NCBI GenBank assembly: GCA_015490715.1
Contig: WFXH01000106.1
Span: forward strand, 2,177-66,176
Length of the DNA: 64,000 nt
Source of the DNA: Saprospiraceae bacterium
GTDB taxonomy: Bacteria; Bacteroidota; Bacteroidia; Chitinophagales; Saprospiraceae
Direction: 5' to 3'
The position numbers were made by a program, and so were the translations under genes. Below the pieces are notes generated by a model that ran no database searches, was not told where the DNA came from, and saw only the letters and a list, made by a program, of their open reading frames with translations. This document shows, piece after piece, positions 20,259 to 30,454 of this stretch; the first letter of the stretch is position 1; each line of letters starts with the position of its first letter.

Positions 20259-21620
20259 TTACTCTCCTTCAGCGAGGGATTTGAGGTCGAAGTTGTCGAT
20301 GAAGCTCGTATCGTATTGGCCTTTGATGAAATTGGGATCTTGGAGGAGTTTTTTGTGAAAGGGGATGGTGGTCTTGACGCCTTCGACGATAAATTCGTCG
20401 AGGGCGCGTAGCATTTTGCGGATGCATGCTTCGCGGGATTCGGCCTTAGCGATGAGTTTGGCGATGAGGGAGTCGTAATAGGGGGGTATGACGTAGCCGG
20501 CGTAAGCGTGGGTGTCTACGCGAATACCGTGTCCTTTAGGGCTGTGGAAGGCTTCGATTTTGCCGGGGCTTGGTCGGAAGTCGTTAGCGGGATCTTCGGC
20601 GTTGATGCGGCATTCGATGACGTGCATTTTGGGCGGTGGAAGTCGGTCTTTGCCTTTGATTTGTTGGCCGGCGGCGATGAGGATTTGTTCTTTGATGAGG
20701 TCGAGGTTGAGGAGTTCTTCGGTGACGGGGTGTTCGACTTGGATACGGGTGTTCATTTCCATGAAATAGAAGTTGCCATCTTTGTCGAGGAGGAATTCGA
20801 CGGTTCCGAGGCTTTCGTAACCGATGGCTTTGCCTGCTTTGACAGCGGCTTCGCCCATTTGTTTGCGTAGTTTTTTGGTCAATATGGGAGAGGGGGATTC
20901 TTCGAGGAGTTTTTGGTGGCGTCGTTGGATGGTACAATCGCGTTCGCTGAGGTGGATGACATTGCCGTATTGGTCGCCGGCGATTTGTATTTCGACGTGT
21001 CGCGGTTGTTCGATGTATTTTTCGATGTAGAGGCCGCTATTTCCGAAGGCGGCTTGCGCTTCTTGCTGGGCGATATTCCACTGGTCTTCGAGTTGGTCGG
21101 CGGAATGGACGATGCGCATGCCTTTTCCGCCGCCTCCGGCGGTTGCTTTGAGGATGATGGGATAGCCGATTTCTTCGGCGATGCTTTTGGCTTGTTTGAG
21201 GCTTTTGACCACGCCTTTAGAGCCGGGAATGACGGGCACGCCGGCTTTTTGCATAGTTTCTTTGGCGGTGGCCTTATCTCCCATCTTTTGGATCATCTCT
21301 GGAGTGGGGCCGATGAATTTTATGCCGTAATCGCGGCAGATTTCAGCAAATTCGGCGTTTTCGGCGAGAAATCCGTATCCCGGATGTAGTGCATCGGCAT
21401 TGGTGATTTCGACGGCCGTCATGATTTTGGGCATGTTGAGATAGGATTCGGTGGCTGGAGGTGGGCCGATGCAGATGGCTTCGTCGGCGAAGCGCACGTG
21501 GAGGCTATCGCGGTCGGCTGTAGAATAGATGGCCACCGTGTTGATGCCCATTTCCCTGCAGGTTCGTATAATCCGCAGAGCTATTTCCCCGCGGTTGGCT
21601 ATGAGTATTTTTTTAAACAT
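20259..21620 (-). CDS. accC: Acetyl-CoA carboxylase, biotin carboxylase subunit
   Basis: [59 protein letters not shown]. Confidence 0.97.
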   Translation of the reverse strand: MFKKILIANRGEIALRIIRTCREMGINTVAIYSTADRDSLHVRFADEAICIGPPPATESYLNMPKIMTAVEITNADALHPGYGFLAENAEFAEICRDYGIKFIGPTPEMIQKMGDKATAKETMQKAGVPVIPGSKGVVKSLKQAKSIAEEIGYPIILKATAGGGGKGMRIVHSADQLEDQWNIAQQEAQAAFGNSGLYIEKYIEQPRHVEIQIAGDQYGNVIHLSERDCTIQRRHQKLLEESPSPILTKKLRKQMGEAAVKAGKAIGYESLGTVEFLLDKDGNFYFMEMNTRIQVEHPVTEELLNLDLIKEQILIAAGQQIKGKDRLPPPKMHVIECRINAEDPANDFRPSPGKIEAFHSPKGHGIRVDTHAYAGYVIPPYYDSLIAKLIAKAESREACIRKMLRALDEFIVEGVKTTIPFHKKLLQDPNFIKGQYDTSFIDNFDLKSLAEGE

Positions 21621-21644
21621 GTACACGGCTTTTTAATAGGCCGA

Positions 21645-22136
21645 TCAATCCGGCTCTACCAAAAACAACACCTGGTCGTATTCGACGGGTGTAGCATCTT
21701 CGACGAGCACCTTGACGATGGTGCCGCTGACTTCCGACTCAATTTCGTTGAAGAGTTTCATCGCCTCAATGATGCACACCACATCTCCTTTTTGGATTTT
21801 GTCGCCCACCTTGACGTAGGGCGGTTTGTCGGGTGCGGGGGCGCGGTAGAAGGTGCCCACCATGGGGGATCGTATTTCGAGGTATTCTTTTTTGTCGGCC
21901 TTGTCGCCCTCGCCTTTTTGCTCTTTTGGTGGCGGGGTTTCTGCTGGACTTTCAGCAGGTGTAGGCATAGTGGTGGGGGGCATGGCCGGGACGATGGTGG
22001 TTTGTGCTTTGCCCTTTTCTTTGGAGTAGTGTTTAGTCCGAACGAGGATTTCGAAGTCTCCCTTTTTATAGCGGAATTCCTTGAGTTCGCTTTTGTTGAG
22101 GAATTTGAGTAGTGCGAGGATGTCTTGCAAATCCAT
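21645..22136 (-). CDS. accB: Biotin carboxyl carrier protein
   Basis: [22 protein letters not shown] biotinylation motif. Confidence 0.97.
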   Translation of the reverse strand: MDLQDILALLKFLNKSELKEFRYKKGDFEILVRTKHYSKEKGKAQTTIVPAMPPTTMPTPAESPAETPPPKEQKGEGDKADKKEYLEIRSPMVGTFYRAPAPDKPPYVKVGDKIQKGDVVCIIEAMKLFNEIESEVSGTIVKVLVEDATPVEYDQVLFLVEPD

Positions 22137-22161
22137 GGTACGACGATTGTTTTTGAGGCTT

Positions 22162-22169
22162 CAAAGATA
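22162..22169 (-). promoter_or_regulatory. Bacteroidota -7 promoter box (TATCTTTG) upstream of accB
   Basis: Exact TAnnTTTG 25 nt upstream of the accB start. Confidence 0.65.
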
Positions 22170-22276
22170 ACAACACTGCAATGAACATGCCGACTGATAC
22201 GCTGTTGGGCCTACGGGGCTCGTAGGCTGGTTTTGCTTTGTGGCGATCGACTTTTTGGGAGATGCTGATGTAGCAC

Positions 22277-22843
22277 TCAGGATTTGACGCGCTCGTAGTA
22301 TTCTCCCGTCTGGGTATTGATTTTGACGTAATCTCCTTCGTTGATGAAGAGGGGCACTTTGATGGTAGCACCTGTTTCGAGGGTGGCGGGTTTCATTGCG
22401 TTGGTGACGGTATTGCCCTTATCCCCTGGCACGGTTGATTGGACTTGTAGGATGACGTATTGGGGCAGCTCGGCCATCAGAGGACGCTCGTTTTTGGCAT
22501 CGAAGAGTACATCGATGATTTCGCCTTCTTTGAGAAATTGGGGGCTGGAGATGAAATCTTCGGGCAGCGAAATTTGCTCGTAGGTTTCGTTGTCCATGAA
22601 GTGATAGCCGCTATCGTCGTTGTACAAAAATTGATACTTGCGTCGCTCGACGCGTACGGGGTTGATTTTGTGGCCAGCGGGAAAGGTATGGTCGATGATT
22701 TTTCCGCTGGTGAGGCTTTTGAGTTTGGTTCGGACAAAGGCATTGCCTTTGCCGGGCTTGACGTGTAGGAATTCGAGTATGGTGTAGATGTCGTTATTGA
22801 ATTCGATGCAGAGGCCTCGTCGGATGTCGGAAGTTGTAGCCAT
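22277..22843 (-). CDS. efp: Elongation factor P
   Basis: HVKPGKGNAFVRTK, PGDKGNT, KPATLETGA, VPLFINEGD. Confidence 0.97.
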   Translation of the reverse strand: MATTSDIRRGLCIEFNNDIYTILEFLHVKPGKGNAFVRTKLKSLTSGKIIDHTFPAGHKINPVRVERRKYQFLYNDDSGYHFMDNETYEQISLPEDFISSPQFLKEGEIIDVLFDAKNERPLMAELPQYVILQVQSTVPGDKGNTVTNAMKPATLETGATIKVPLFINEGDYVKINTQTGEYYERVKS

Positions 22844-22886
22844 GGTGAAATTTTGCGCAAAAATAGGATTTTTCTTCGTGAAGCGC

Positions 22887-24818
22887 TTATTGTTGCAGTT
22901 GGGCGCGGAAGAGGTCGATAAATTGTTTGAGAGGCATAAAACCTTTGTCGCCCTGTCCTTGGATGCGTACGGAGACTCCTCCTTGGTCTTCTTCTCTTTG
23001 GCCGCAGATGAGGATAAAGGGAATTTTTTTCAGTTCGCTTTCGCGTATTTTTTTGCCCATGGATTCGCTGCGCTCGTCGACGTAAGCGCGTATGCCCTGT
23101 GCTTGAAGCTCGTGGAGTACGCTTTTGCAGTAGGGAATAAAGGGGTCACTGACGGGGATGAGGACGACCTGGTCGGGGGCGAGCCATAGAGGCAGCTTGC
23201 CGGCGGTGTGTTCGAGCAGGATGCTGATAAAGCGTTCGAGAGAGCCAAAAGGGGCCCGGTGGATCATGACGGGGCGGTGTGGTTGGTTGTCGGCACCGAT
23301 GTATTCGAGGTTGAAGCGCTCGGGGAGGTTGTAATCCACTTGGATGGTGCCGAGTTGCCACTGTCTGCCGAGGGCATCGCGGACCATGAAGTCGAGTTTG
23401 GGGCCGTAGAAGGCGGCTTCACCGGGCATGTGCACGGCTTCGATATCGAATTGTCGCACGGCCTCGATGATGGCCTGCTCGGCCTTTTGCCAGTTGTCTT
23501 CGGAGCCAATGTACTTTTGAGGATTGTCTGGGTCGCGCAGGGAGATTTGTACGGTGTAGTTTTTAAATCCCATTTTGTCGAGTACGTGGGTGGTGAGTTC
23601 GAGTACGTTGAGGAATTCGCTTTGGAGCTGTTCGGGGGTACAAAAGATATGGGCATCGTCTTGGGTAAAGCATCGCACGCGCGTCAGACCGTGTAGCTCA
23701 CCACTTTGTTCGTAGCGGTAGACGGTGCCGAATTCGGCTATGCGAAGGGGGAGTTCACGATAGGAACGCGGTTTGGAGGCATAGATTTCGCAGTGGTGGG
23801 GGCAGTTCATGGGCTTGAGGAGGTATTCTTCGCCTTCGTCGGGAGTTTTGATGGGGCGGAAGCTGTCTTTACCGTATTTATCCCAATGACCGGAGGTCTG
23901 GTAGAGCTCTTTTTTGCCGATGTGGGGTGTGACGACGAGCTGGTAGCCGCGTTTTTGTTGTTCGCGGTGGAGGAAGTCCATGAGTTGCTGGCGGACGACG
24001 GTGCCGCGCGGCAGCCAGATGGGTAGTCCTGCCCCGACGCGTTGGGAAAAGGTAAAGAGTTCGAGTTCTTTGCCGAGCTTGCGGTGATCGCGCTTTTTGG
24101 CCTCTTCGATGCGGTGAAGGTATTCTTGGAGGAGCTTTTGTTTGGGGAAGCTGATGCCGTAGACGCGTGTCAATTGCGGGCGGTTTTCGTCGCCTCTCCA
24201 ATAGGCGCCGGCCACTTTAGTGAGTTTGACGGCTTTAATCAAACCGGTATGCGGGATGTGTGGGCCTTTGCAGAGGTCGGTAAAATTGCCCTGTGTGTAG
24301 AAGCTAATTTCGCCGTCCTGGAGTTCTTCGAGGAGTTCGAGTTTGTAGGGGTCGCCTTTTTGCTTGAAATAGGCGATGGCTTCCTCTTTGGGCACTTCTC
24401 TGCGCAGGTAAGGCACTTTGCGGCGGGCGAGTTCGAGCATTTTCTGCTCGATCTTTTCGAGATCGTGCGCCGAGAGTGTGCGATCGCCTAAGTCGACGTC
24501 GTAGTAAAATCCCTCCTCGATCGGAGGGCCGATGCCAAATTTGACGCCTGGATAGAGTGCTTCCAGAGCTTCGGCGAGCAAGTGCGCCGAAGAGTGCCAA
24601 AAGGCATATTTGCCGCCGGAGTCCTCCCAGGTGAGGAGTTTGATACGGGCATCTTCCTGGATGGGACGCGTGGCATCGATGATTTGGCCGTTGACCTCGG
24701 CGGCGAGCACTTTTTTAGCGAGCGCGGGGCTGATGGATTCAGCGATTTCTAAGGCCGTGACGCCCGCGGGAAATTGTTGGGTACGTCCGTCGGGAAATTG
24801 TATGGTGATTTTTTCCAT
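22887..24818 (-). CDS. thrS: Threonine--tRNA ligase
   Basis: TGS domain, [52 protein letters not shown]. Confidence 0.98.
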   Translation of the reverse strand: MEKITIQFPDGRTQQFPAGVTALEIAESISPALAKKVLAAEVNGQIIDATRPIQEDARIKLLTWEDSGGKYAFWHSSAHLLAEALEALYPGVKFGIGPPIEEGFYYDVDLGDRTLSAHDLEKIEQKMLELARRKVPYLRREVPKEEAIAYFKQKGDPYKLELLEELQDGEISFYTQGNFTDLCKGPHIPHTGLIKAVKLTKVAGAYWRGDENRPQLTRVYGISFPKQKLLQEYLHRIEEAKKRDHRKLGKELELFTFSQRVGAGLPIWLPRGTVVRQQLMDFLHREQQKRGYQLVVTPHIGKKELYQTSGHWDKYGKDSFRPIKTPDEGEEYLLKPMNCPHHCEIYASKPRSYRELPLRIAEFGTVYRYEQSGELHGLTRVRCFTQDDAHIFCTPEQLQSEFLNVLELTTHVLDKMGFKNYTVQISLRDPDNPQKYIGSEDNWQKAEQAIIEAVRQFDIEAVHMPGEAAFYGPKLDFMVRDALGRQWQLGTIQVDYNLPERFNLEYIGADNQPHRPVMIHRAPFGSLERFISILLEHTAGKLPLWLAPDQVVLIPVSDPFIPYCKSVLHELQAQGIRAYVDERSESMGKKIRESELKKIPFILICGQREEDQGGVSVRIQGQGDKGFMPLKQFIDLFRAQLQQ

Positions 24819-24840
24819 TTCGGCAAGTTCGATAGCGGTA

Positions 24841-24848
24841 CAAAGGTA
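24841..24848 (-). promoter_or_regulatory. Bacteroidota -7 promoter box (TACCTTTG) upstream of thrS
   Basis: Exact TAnnTTTG 22 nt upstream of the start codon. Confidence 0.65.
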
Positions 24849-24902
24849 ACCATTTCATACATCGGAGAAAAGCCGCCGCGTGTTCGTTGTGGGCGGGATA
24901 TT

Positions 24903-25991
24903 TTATTGGGGTAAGAACTCAGGGTTGTTTAAAAAGGAGGTGTCGGTGAGTGTTTTGAGGAAGGCGAGCAGGGCCTTTTTTTCGTAGGGTGTGAAGTGTT
25001 TTCCCCCTTGAGGAAGGGCTTTCATCAGGGGATCCGCGAAGGGCGAATATTGGAGGCCTTCGCTGTAGAAGTCGATGACTTCCTCGAGTGTGGCAAAGCG
25101 CCCGTCGTGCATATAGGGGGCGGAGCGTTCGATATTGCGCAGGGTGGGCGTTTTAAACTTGCCGCGATCGCTGCGTTTGCCCGTAATTTTTTCCAATCCG
25201 AGGTCGGAGGGTACACTGTCGAGGGCGTTGTTGTGGAAGGCATTGTCGGTAAAGAGCAGACCACTGTGGCAATGGAAGCAGTCGCCCCTTTCGCTGTAGA
25301 AAAGGTCGTAACCGTCCTGTTCAAGGGGTGTGAAAAACACCTTGCCCTGTAGGGCGAGGTCGAAGCGGGAGTTGCCCGAGATGAGGGTGCGTTCGAATTG
25401 GGCAATGGCTTTGACCACGTGGTAGCGCGTGATTTCGGTTGTGCCAAAGGCGCTGTAGAAGAGTTTGGGATAGACGGGATGGCGCTGGAGACGTCGGACA
25501 ACTTCCTCCCAGGTGGCGGCCATTTCGTCGGGATTTTCGACGGGGTGTAGTGCTTGTTCTTCGAGACTGGACACACGTCCATCCCAGAAGAGCTTTTTCA
25601 TCCAGCCCGCATTGATAATGGGGGGAGCTTGTCTTGTACCGATAGCGCCAGTAATGCCGAGGGAGAAGCGCCTGTCGTCGGAAAAGGAGTGTTCAGGCTT
25701 ATGGCAGTCTGCGCAGCTCTGAGTGCTATCGCCCGATAGAATGGGGTCAAAAAACAGCTTCTTGCCGAGTGCGATGCCCTCTTTGGTGAGGGGATTGTCG
25801 TCGGGGATTTCCATGATGGGAAAGCCTTCGGGTATTTGAAGCGATACGTAGGTGGGTTTGTAGGGCGGAAGGGTGTCGTTTTGGTCGGGAGTGACCTTTT
25901 CTTTTTTGTTGCAAGCGCTAAAGAACACAGGGGTGATTATGAGGGATAGAGCAATTAGCCCGAAGATACTTGCTTCGAAGAAGCGCTTCAT
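24903..25991 (-). CDS. Diheme cytochrome c peroxidase family lipoprotein (MauG/MbnH-like)
   Basis: Lipobox FSAC, LGKKLFFDPILS, CADCH, FWDGR, CFHCH, FKTPTLRNI...APYMHDG. Confidence 0.92.
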   Translation of the reverse strand: MKRFFEASIFGLIALSLIITPVFFSACNKKEKVTPDQNDTLPPYKPTYVSLQIPEGFPIMEIPDDNPLTKEGIALGKKLFFDPILSGDSTQSCADCHKPEHSFSDDRRFSLGITGAIGTRQAPPIINAGWMKKLFWDGRVSSLEEQALHPVENPDEMAATWEEVVRRLQRHPVYPKLFYSAFGTTEITRYHVVKAIAQFERTLISGNSRFDLALQGKVFFTPLEQDGYDLFYSERGDCFHCHSGLLFTDNAFHNNALDSVPSDLGLEKITGKRSDRGKFKTPTLRNIERSAPYMHDGRFATLEEVIDFYSEGLQYSPFADPLMKALPQGGKHFTPYEKKALLAFLKTLTDTSFLNNPEFLPQ

Positions 25992-26005
25992 TGCCGCGTG
26001 TTTTG

Positions 26006-26800
26006 CTATTTGTCTGTAAGATTGGCAAGCCGAAAGACGGTAGAACCGTTGTCGCGCAAGACTTCCTGGGCTGCTTGATTGGGCATAATAGCGGGTCCGT
26101 AGTACTCAAAGTCGAATACATGGGGGTTTTGAATCCACTCCTGTAGGTCCATGATGATGTCGACATTCCAATCGTTGCCCTTGATGTGCATTTTATGAGG
26201 GAAGGGCAGAGTGACGACAAAGGAGTTGTCGTTGCCCCAAGTGGGCCCAGCGTGGAGGTTGAAGGGTTTGGGGAGCGCGTTGTCGTCGGTCTTATACATA
26301 CCTTCGTACTGCATGTAATGGAAGCCGGGATCTTTGAGTGGGTCGGTGGTATCGCCGAGTTGTTTGGGCCAGTACATACTCTGGTAGGCCACGGTGTTGG
26401 GCAGGAAGGACTTGTGATTGTTTTCTGCTGAGAGTCCAAAGCGAAAGGATATGCTGTCGTACCTGCCTTCGGGTACGAGGTTGAGCTGGAGGGCTAAGGA
26501 TGTGGTATCGTGGATGTCGATGAGATGGCCGGAGTTGTACAGGAGAGACTCTCCGTTTTTGTACAAGACGAATTCGGATAGGATGTATCGCAAGTTGGAA
26601 ACGCTGTAGCGATAACCCGTAGGAGCGCGGTAGATGAGGGTGTCTGTGCGGAGGGGCTGGTCATCGACCGTGTGTTTGAAGTGGAGAGTAAGCGTACCGG
26701 GCTGGGCGGGTTTGTTGCAAAATTGAGCAAGGACTCCTACCGCAAGGAGAAGCCCTATAGAGCACCACTTTCCCCAACGCATCGTGGAAGGCGTTTGCAT
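26006..26800 (-). CDS. MbnP-family (DUF4382-like) putative copper-binding protein
   Basis: Signal/lipobox, LRYILSEF, VPEGRYDSISFRFGL, MYWP...GFHYMQYEG. Lies directly upstream of the peroxidase, as in MbnPH pairs. Confidence 0.75.
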   Translation of the reverse strand: MQTPSTMRWGKWCSIGLLLAVGVLAQFCNKPAQPGTLTLHFKHTVDDQPLRTDTLIYRAPTGYRYSVSNLRYILSEFVLYKNGESLLYNSGHLIDIHDTTSLALQLNLVPEGRYDSISFRFGLSAENNHKSFLPNTVAYQSMYWPKQLGDTTDPLKDPGFHYMQYEGMYKTDDNALPKPFNLHAGPTWGNDNSFVVTLPFPHKMHIKGNDWNVDIIMDLQEWIQNPHVFDFEYYGPAIMPNQAAQEVLRDNGSTVFRLANLTDK

Positions 26801-26877
26801 AATGGACTTTTTCTAAAAACGCCGTGCGGTGAGTCAATATTTTTGCGTTTGCAGCTCGAAAAGTTGATTAACTCATT

Positions 26878-27921
26878 TTAATCTCTGTAGAGTTCGATGA
26901 GTTTTCGAATGTTTTCATCTCTTTGGAGCTTAGGGTGTAAAAGGAGAAATTTATCACCCAGCTCTGGCTCTGTTTGGATGAGATCGCACAGGGTAAGCCA
27001 CCCTTTTTGATAGGTATCTTTTTGGAGCAAGTCAAGGGCTGCGGAGCGCATGGTGAGTTCGACGCCGACTGTGTGTTGTTCGGCAGTATGTAGGGTTTGT
27101 TTTGCGCGATCGAAGAAGTTGTGACGCAGGTAGAAGTCGATGAGTTCAGCCCAATATTGCGGCTCATCTGGTATATTGGATGTAGCCTGGAGGTAGTACT
27201 TTTCGGCGATTTTGTAGGCTTTGAGTTTTTCGTACGCTTTGGCCAGTCCGAGCAAGTAGGTTTCGTCGATCCAGTTGGAGGCGAGTGCTTTTTTGAAATA
27301 GTGGATGGCCTTTTTATACTGTCCTTTGAGGAAATGCACTTTACCTGCAAAGAAGAGGATTTTGTCGTATTCGGGATCGAAGCGGAGGTATTTGTCGATC
27401 CACTGCTGCGCCTCGGATAGTCGATGGAGTCGAATTAAGATATCGACGAAATTGGCAAACGCCTCCTCTTCCCATTCAAAGGTATGGAAGATGTATCGAT
27501 ATACTTCGGCTGCTCTTTTGAGGTGGCCTTGTTGGTAGAGCAATTCGGCATAGTCGAAGTAGGCATCTTCATAATAGGGGTTGATGAGGGTGGCGAATTC
27601 CAGTGCTTGGAGCGCATCGTCGTATTGTGCCAAGGAGGCATAGGCCTGTGCTAAGTTGTACCAGGCCAATTCGTTGTAAGGAGCTTTTTCAATGAGATAG
27701 AGATGGAGTTGTATGCTTTCTTCGTATCGTTTCGACAATTCTACATTGAGGCCGATCTTTTCAAGAGCTTCTTTGTCGTATGGATCTCGTTCAAGCATGC
27801 GCTTGAGGAGATGAAACATCAAGTCAAAATCCTTCATAGCTTTTATAGCAATTTTGGTTAGATGGATAGAGAAGCAATCGTTCATGGGAGGCAAGCCCTT
27901 GTAGCTCGCCGCAATCGGCAT
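26878..27921 (-). CDS. Tetratricopeptide repeat protein (start uncertain, possibly N-terminally shortened)
   Basis: Repeated TPR units such as AWYNLAQAY..LAQYDDALQAL..A..INP. Confidence 0.8.
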   Translation of the reverse strand: MPIAASYKGLPPMNDCFSIHLTKIAIKAMKDFDLMFHLLKRMLERDPYDKEALEKIGLNVELSKRYEESIQLHLYLIEKAPYNELAWYNLAQAYASLAQYDDALQALEFATLINPYYEDAYFDYAELLYQQGHLKRAAEVYRYIFHTFEWEEEAFANFVDILIRLHRLSEAQQWIDKYLRFDPEYDKILFFAGKVHFLKGQYKKAIHYFKKALASNWIDETYLLGLAKAYEKLKAYKIAEKYYLQATSNIPDEPQYWAELIDFYLRHNFFDRAKQTLHTAEQHTVGVELTMRSAALDLLQKDTYQKGWLTLCDLIQTEPELGDKFLLLHPKLQRDENIRKLIELYRD

Positions 27922-28200
27922 AATGGGCTATACACTTTGCGGGTATTTGTTCGTCTCTTTATACCCTTCATTGTGCTGATGTACGCATACTTCCCAGCTG
28001 GTTGAATCGCATGGGTTCATCAGCACGTTTGCGCGTGTAAAGTTACGTACACTCTTTCAAATGTGGATGGGATTTGATGGATAAAATTTGATATATGAAG
28101 AACAGTTAATGCATTGTCTGTTGAGCAATAGCTCACTCCCATATATTTTTTCACAGAAAGCGTGATTGAAATTTTGAAAATAAAATGACGAAAAGCACAA

Positions 28201-28230
28201 AAAAATAAAAAGGCCTCACGAGGAGGCCTC
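28201..28230 (-). terminator. Rho-independent terminator after tRNA-Gln
   Basis: AGGCCTC...GAGGCCT inverted repeat followed on the minus strand by a long T-rich run. Confidence 0.85.
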
Positions 28231-28238
28231 TCAGGAGG

Positions 28239-28309
28239 TAGACCCACCAGGATTCGAACCTGGACTGACGGAATCAAAATCCGGAGTGCTACCGTTACAC
28301 TATGGGTCT
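28239..28309 (-). tRNA. tRNA-Gln (anticodon TTG), CCA not encoded
   Basis: Minus strand AGACCCA-TA-GTGTAACGGTAGCAC-T-CCGGA-TTTTGAT-TCCGT-CAGT-CCAGG-TTCGAAT-CCTGG-TGGGTCT-A folds into a cloverleaf. Confidence 0.96.
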
Positions 28310-28328
28310 ACGCGAGTTTTTTGCGATG

Positions 28329-28336
28329 CAAAGTTA
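28329..28336 (-). promoter_or_regulatory. Bacteroidota -7 promoter box (TAACTTTG) for tRNA-Gln
   Basis: Exact TAnnTTTG 19 nt upstream of the tRNA. Confidence 0.7.
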
Positions 28337-28408
28337 CATCTTCCAACCATCACATACAAAGCACGCAGGGGGGTTTTGTTTTAAATTGTTGAATTATACA
28401 ACAAAAAT

Positions 28409-28948
28409 TCAGGAGATTTTTCGATAGATGGAGGGGAGATGGCGCCCTAATTCGTTGTAATCCAAGCCGTAACCGATGACGAAGTCCGGAGGTATTTCAA
28501 ATCCGACGTAGTCGATCGCTAAGGGTTTTTGCAGCATGGTGGGTTTGAGCAGGAGGGTGCAAATACGTATGGATTGGGGTTGGAGCCCCTGTAGGGCGGG
28601 CAGGAATGCGCTCATAGTCTTGCCGGAGTCGATGATGTCTTCGACGACGATGATGTCTTTGCCGCGCAGCATGGGGTCGAGGGGTCCGGAAAAGACGACT
28701 TCACCGGTAGAGGTAAAGCCTTTATAGGAGGAGAGTTTGATAAAGCTCACCGTGGAGGGGATGTTGGCTTCGCGAATCAAGTCGGCCATGAAGACGAAAG
28801 CTCCGTTGAGTATACCAAGGAAGACGGGCGTTTTGTCGCGATAGTCGTGTCGGATATAACGGCCGAGGGCAGCCACTCTTTGGCGGATCTCTTCAGCTGT
28901 GATGCACTCTTCGAAGAGGTAGTTGTGTATGCGGATGCGCTTATTCAT
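28409..28948 (-). CDS. hpt: Hypoxanthine phosphoribosyltransferase
   Basis: GILNGAFVFMADL, SSY, IVVEDIIDSGKT PRPP motif, FVIGYGLDY. Confidence 0.96.
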   Translation of the reverse strand: MNKRIRIHNYLFEECITAEEIRQRVAALGRYIRHDYRDKTPVFLGILNGAFVFMADLIREANIPSTVSFIKLSSYKGFTSTGEVVFSGPLDPMLRGKDIIVVEDIIDSGKTMSAFLPALQGLQPQSIRICTLLLKPTMLQKPLAIDYVGFEIPPDFVIGYGLDYNELGRHLPSIYRKIS

Positions 28949-30362
28949 TTGTGGGGGTGTTAGGGGGGGTGAGGTAGCGGTCTAAGAGGTAGACGAGGCT
29001 GGTCATGGCGGCGGCGCCTGCTTTGAGTTCTCTGGGGTGTACGGCTTCGAAGACGTCGATGGGGGTATGGTGGTATTTGAAGTATTGATGGGGCTGGGGT
29101 CGCAAGCCGAAGAGCAGGGTGCCGAAGGGTTTGAGTTTGCTGACGTCGGCGCCGCTGCCACCTTTTCGTATGAGCAGATCCAATTGGAGCAGGTGGGGAG
29201 CGATGACCTGTTGGAGGATCGAGTCGTAGTAGGGTTGGAGTTGGGGTTGAGCGTCCCAGTGGAAGCCTACGGGGGCGAAGCCGCCGGCGTCGGATTCGAT
29301 AGCGGCGAGGTGCACTTCACCACTTGTGCGTACGCTATCGGCATAGGCCCGTGCGCCCCCGCCGCCGTTTTCTTCATTCATATAGGCTACGAAGCGGATG
29401 GTATGGCGAGGTGTGTAATCGATGGCGACGAGGGTTTGAAGGACCTGCAAGGCCTGTACGATGCCGGCTCCGTCGTCGTGGGCGCCTTGGCCGTTGTCCC
29501 ATGCATCGAGATGACCGGCTACTACGATAATTTGGTTGGGGTAGGTGCTGCCTGTGATTTCGCCGATGACGTTGTAGGAGCGACGGGGGCCGAGGTTTTT
29601 ACTGCTGGTGCGGATGCGAGCCATGATGCTCCCGCGCTGGCGGATGAGTGCGCTGAGGCTGTCGGCGTCGAGTGTGCTGATGGCGATTGCAGGGATGGCC
29701 TTTTCGCCTTCGCGGAAGATGGTGACGCCCGTATGGGGTATGTCATCTAGATAGTGGGTCATGCTGCGCACGATGGCGCCCACTGCGCCGTAGCGAGCGG
29801 CTATAGCGGGGCCGCGTACACGCTGATCGACTGCCTGGCCATAGGCGCGAAACGGGGAGACCTCGCCTGCATCCATGGGGCGGTTAAAGAAGACGATGCT
29901 CCCCTCGAGGGCCTGTCTACCCAGTCGCTCGAGGTCATCCAAGCCGTAGACTTCTTGTACTACCGCGGTTATGCCTTCGGCGGGAGTAGACGGCGAGCCT
30001 CCGAGGGTCGTACAGTCGAGCGATAGCGGCGTATCGCCATCGTAGACGATCACTTCTTCAATGCGACCGCGCACCCAATAATTGGGAATGGAGCAAGGCT
30101 GAAGACGTGCGTGGACCTTTGGCAGCGTGTCTACGATTTCATACACATAGCGAATGGCGCTATCTGCAGCAGGAGAGCCCGCCAATCGTCCACCGATTTG
30201 TGTCAGGCCTTTAAGCCATTGGTGGCAATCGCCCGACAGGTAGATGTGGCGGTGTATTTGACGGAGTTTTTGGATTTCGCCTGGGTTGAGCTCTTGGCTC
30301 GAAAGGTGTATCGAGGCAATCAAGGCTACAAATAAGGTGCTAATCAGGTATTTCTTTGACAT
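28941..30362 (-). CDS. Secreted M28 metallopeptidase (carboxypeptidase Q-like, PA domain)
   Basis: Signal peptide, IGGRLAGS, GHLDAWD..QGAHDDGAG, NEENG, ESDAG, YHHT..D. Confidence 0.9.
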   Translation of the reverse strand: MSKKYLISTLFVALIASIHLSSQELNPGEIQKLRQIHRHIYLSGDCHQWLKGLTQIGGRLAGSPAADSAIRYVYEIVDTLPKVHARLQPCSIPNYWVRGRIEEVIVYDGDTPLSLDCTTLGGSPSTPAEGITAVVQEVYGLDDLERLGRQALEGSIVFFNRPMDAGEVSPFRAYGQAVDQRVRGPAIAARYGAVGAIVRSMTHYLDDIPHTGVTIFREGEKAIPAIAISTLDADSLSALIRQRGSIMARIRTSSKNLGPRRSYNVIGEITGSTYPNQIIVVAGHLDAWDNGQGAHDDGAGIVQALQVLQTLVAIDYTPRHTIRFVAYMNEENGGGGARAYADSVRTSGEVHLAAIESDAGGFAPVGFHWDAQPQLQPYYDSILQQVIAPHLLQLDLLIRKGGSGADVSKLKPFGTLLFGLRPQPHQYFKYHHTPIDVFEAVHPRELKAGAAAMTSLVYLLDRYLTPPNTPTNE

Positions 30363-30454
30363 AATTTATGCATTTAGCAGTCGGCTGGACAAAGATACGC
30401 ATGAAATTTGCATGGGTTGAGTGACGATATTGGGTCTGACTGCGTTGATAGGAT

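Noticed and set aside
22137..22276. efp-accB spacer as a possible riboswitch or small ORF
   Set aside because: Only short weak stems; the spacer is explained by an internal TAnnTTTG promoter.
28020..28277. 85-aa ORF next to the TPR gene
   Set aside because: It begins inside tRNA-Gln and runs through its terminator; no protein features.
28200..28410. tRNA-Gln as an integration site for an island or prophage
   Set aside because: I saw no integrase, no duplicated tRNA 3' end and no phage genes in the window.
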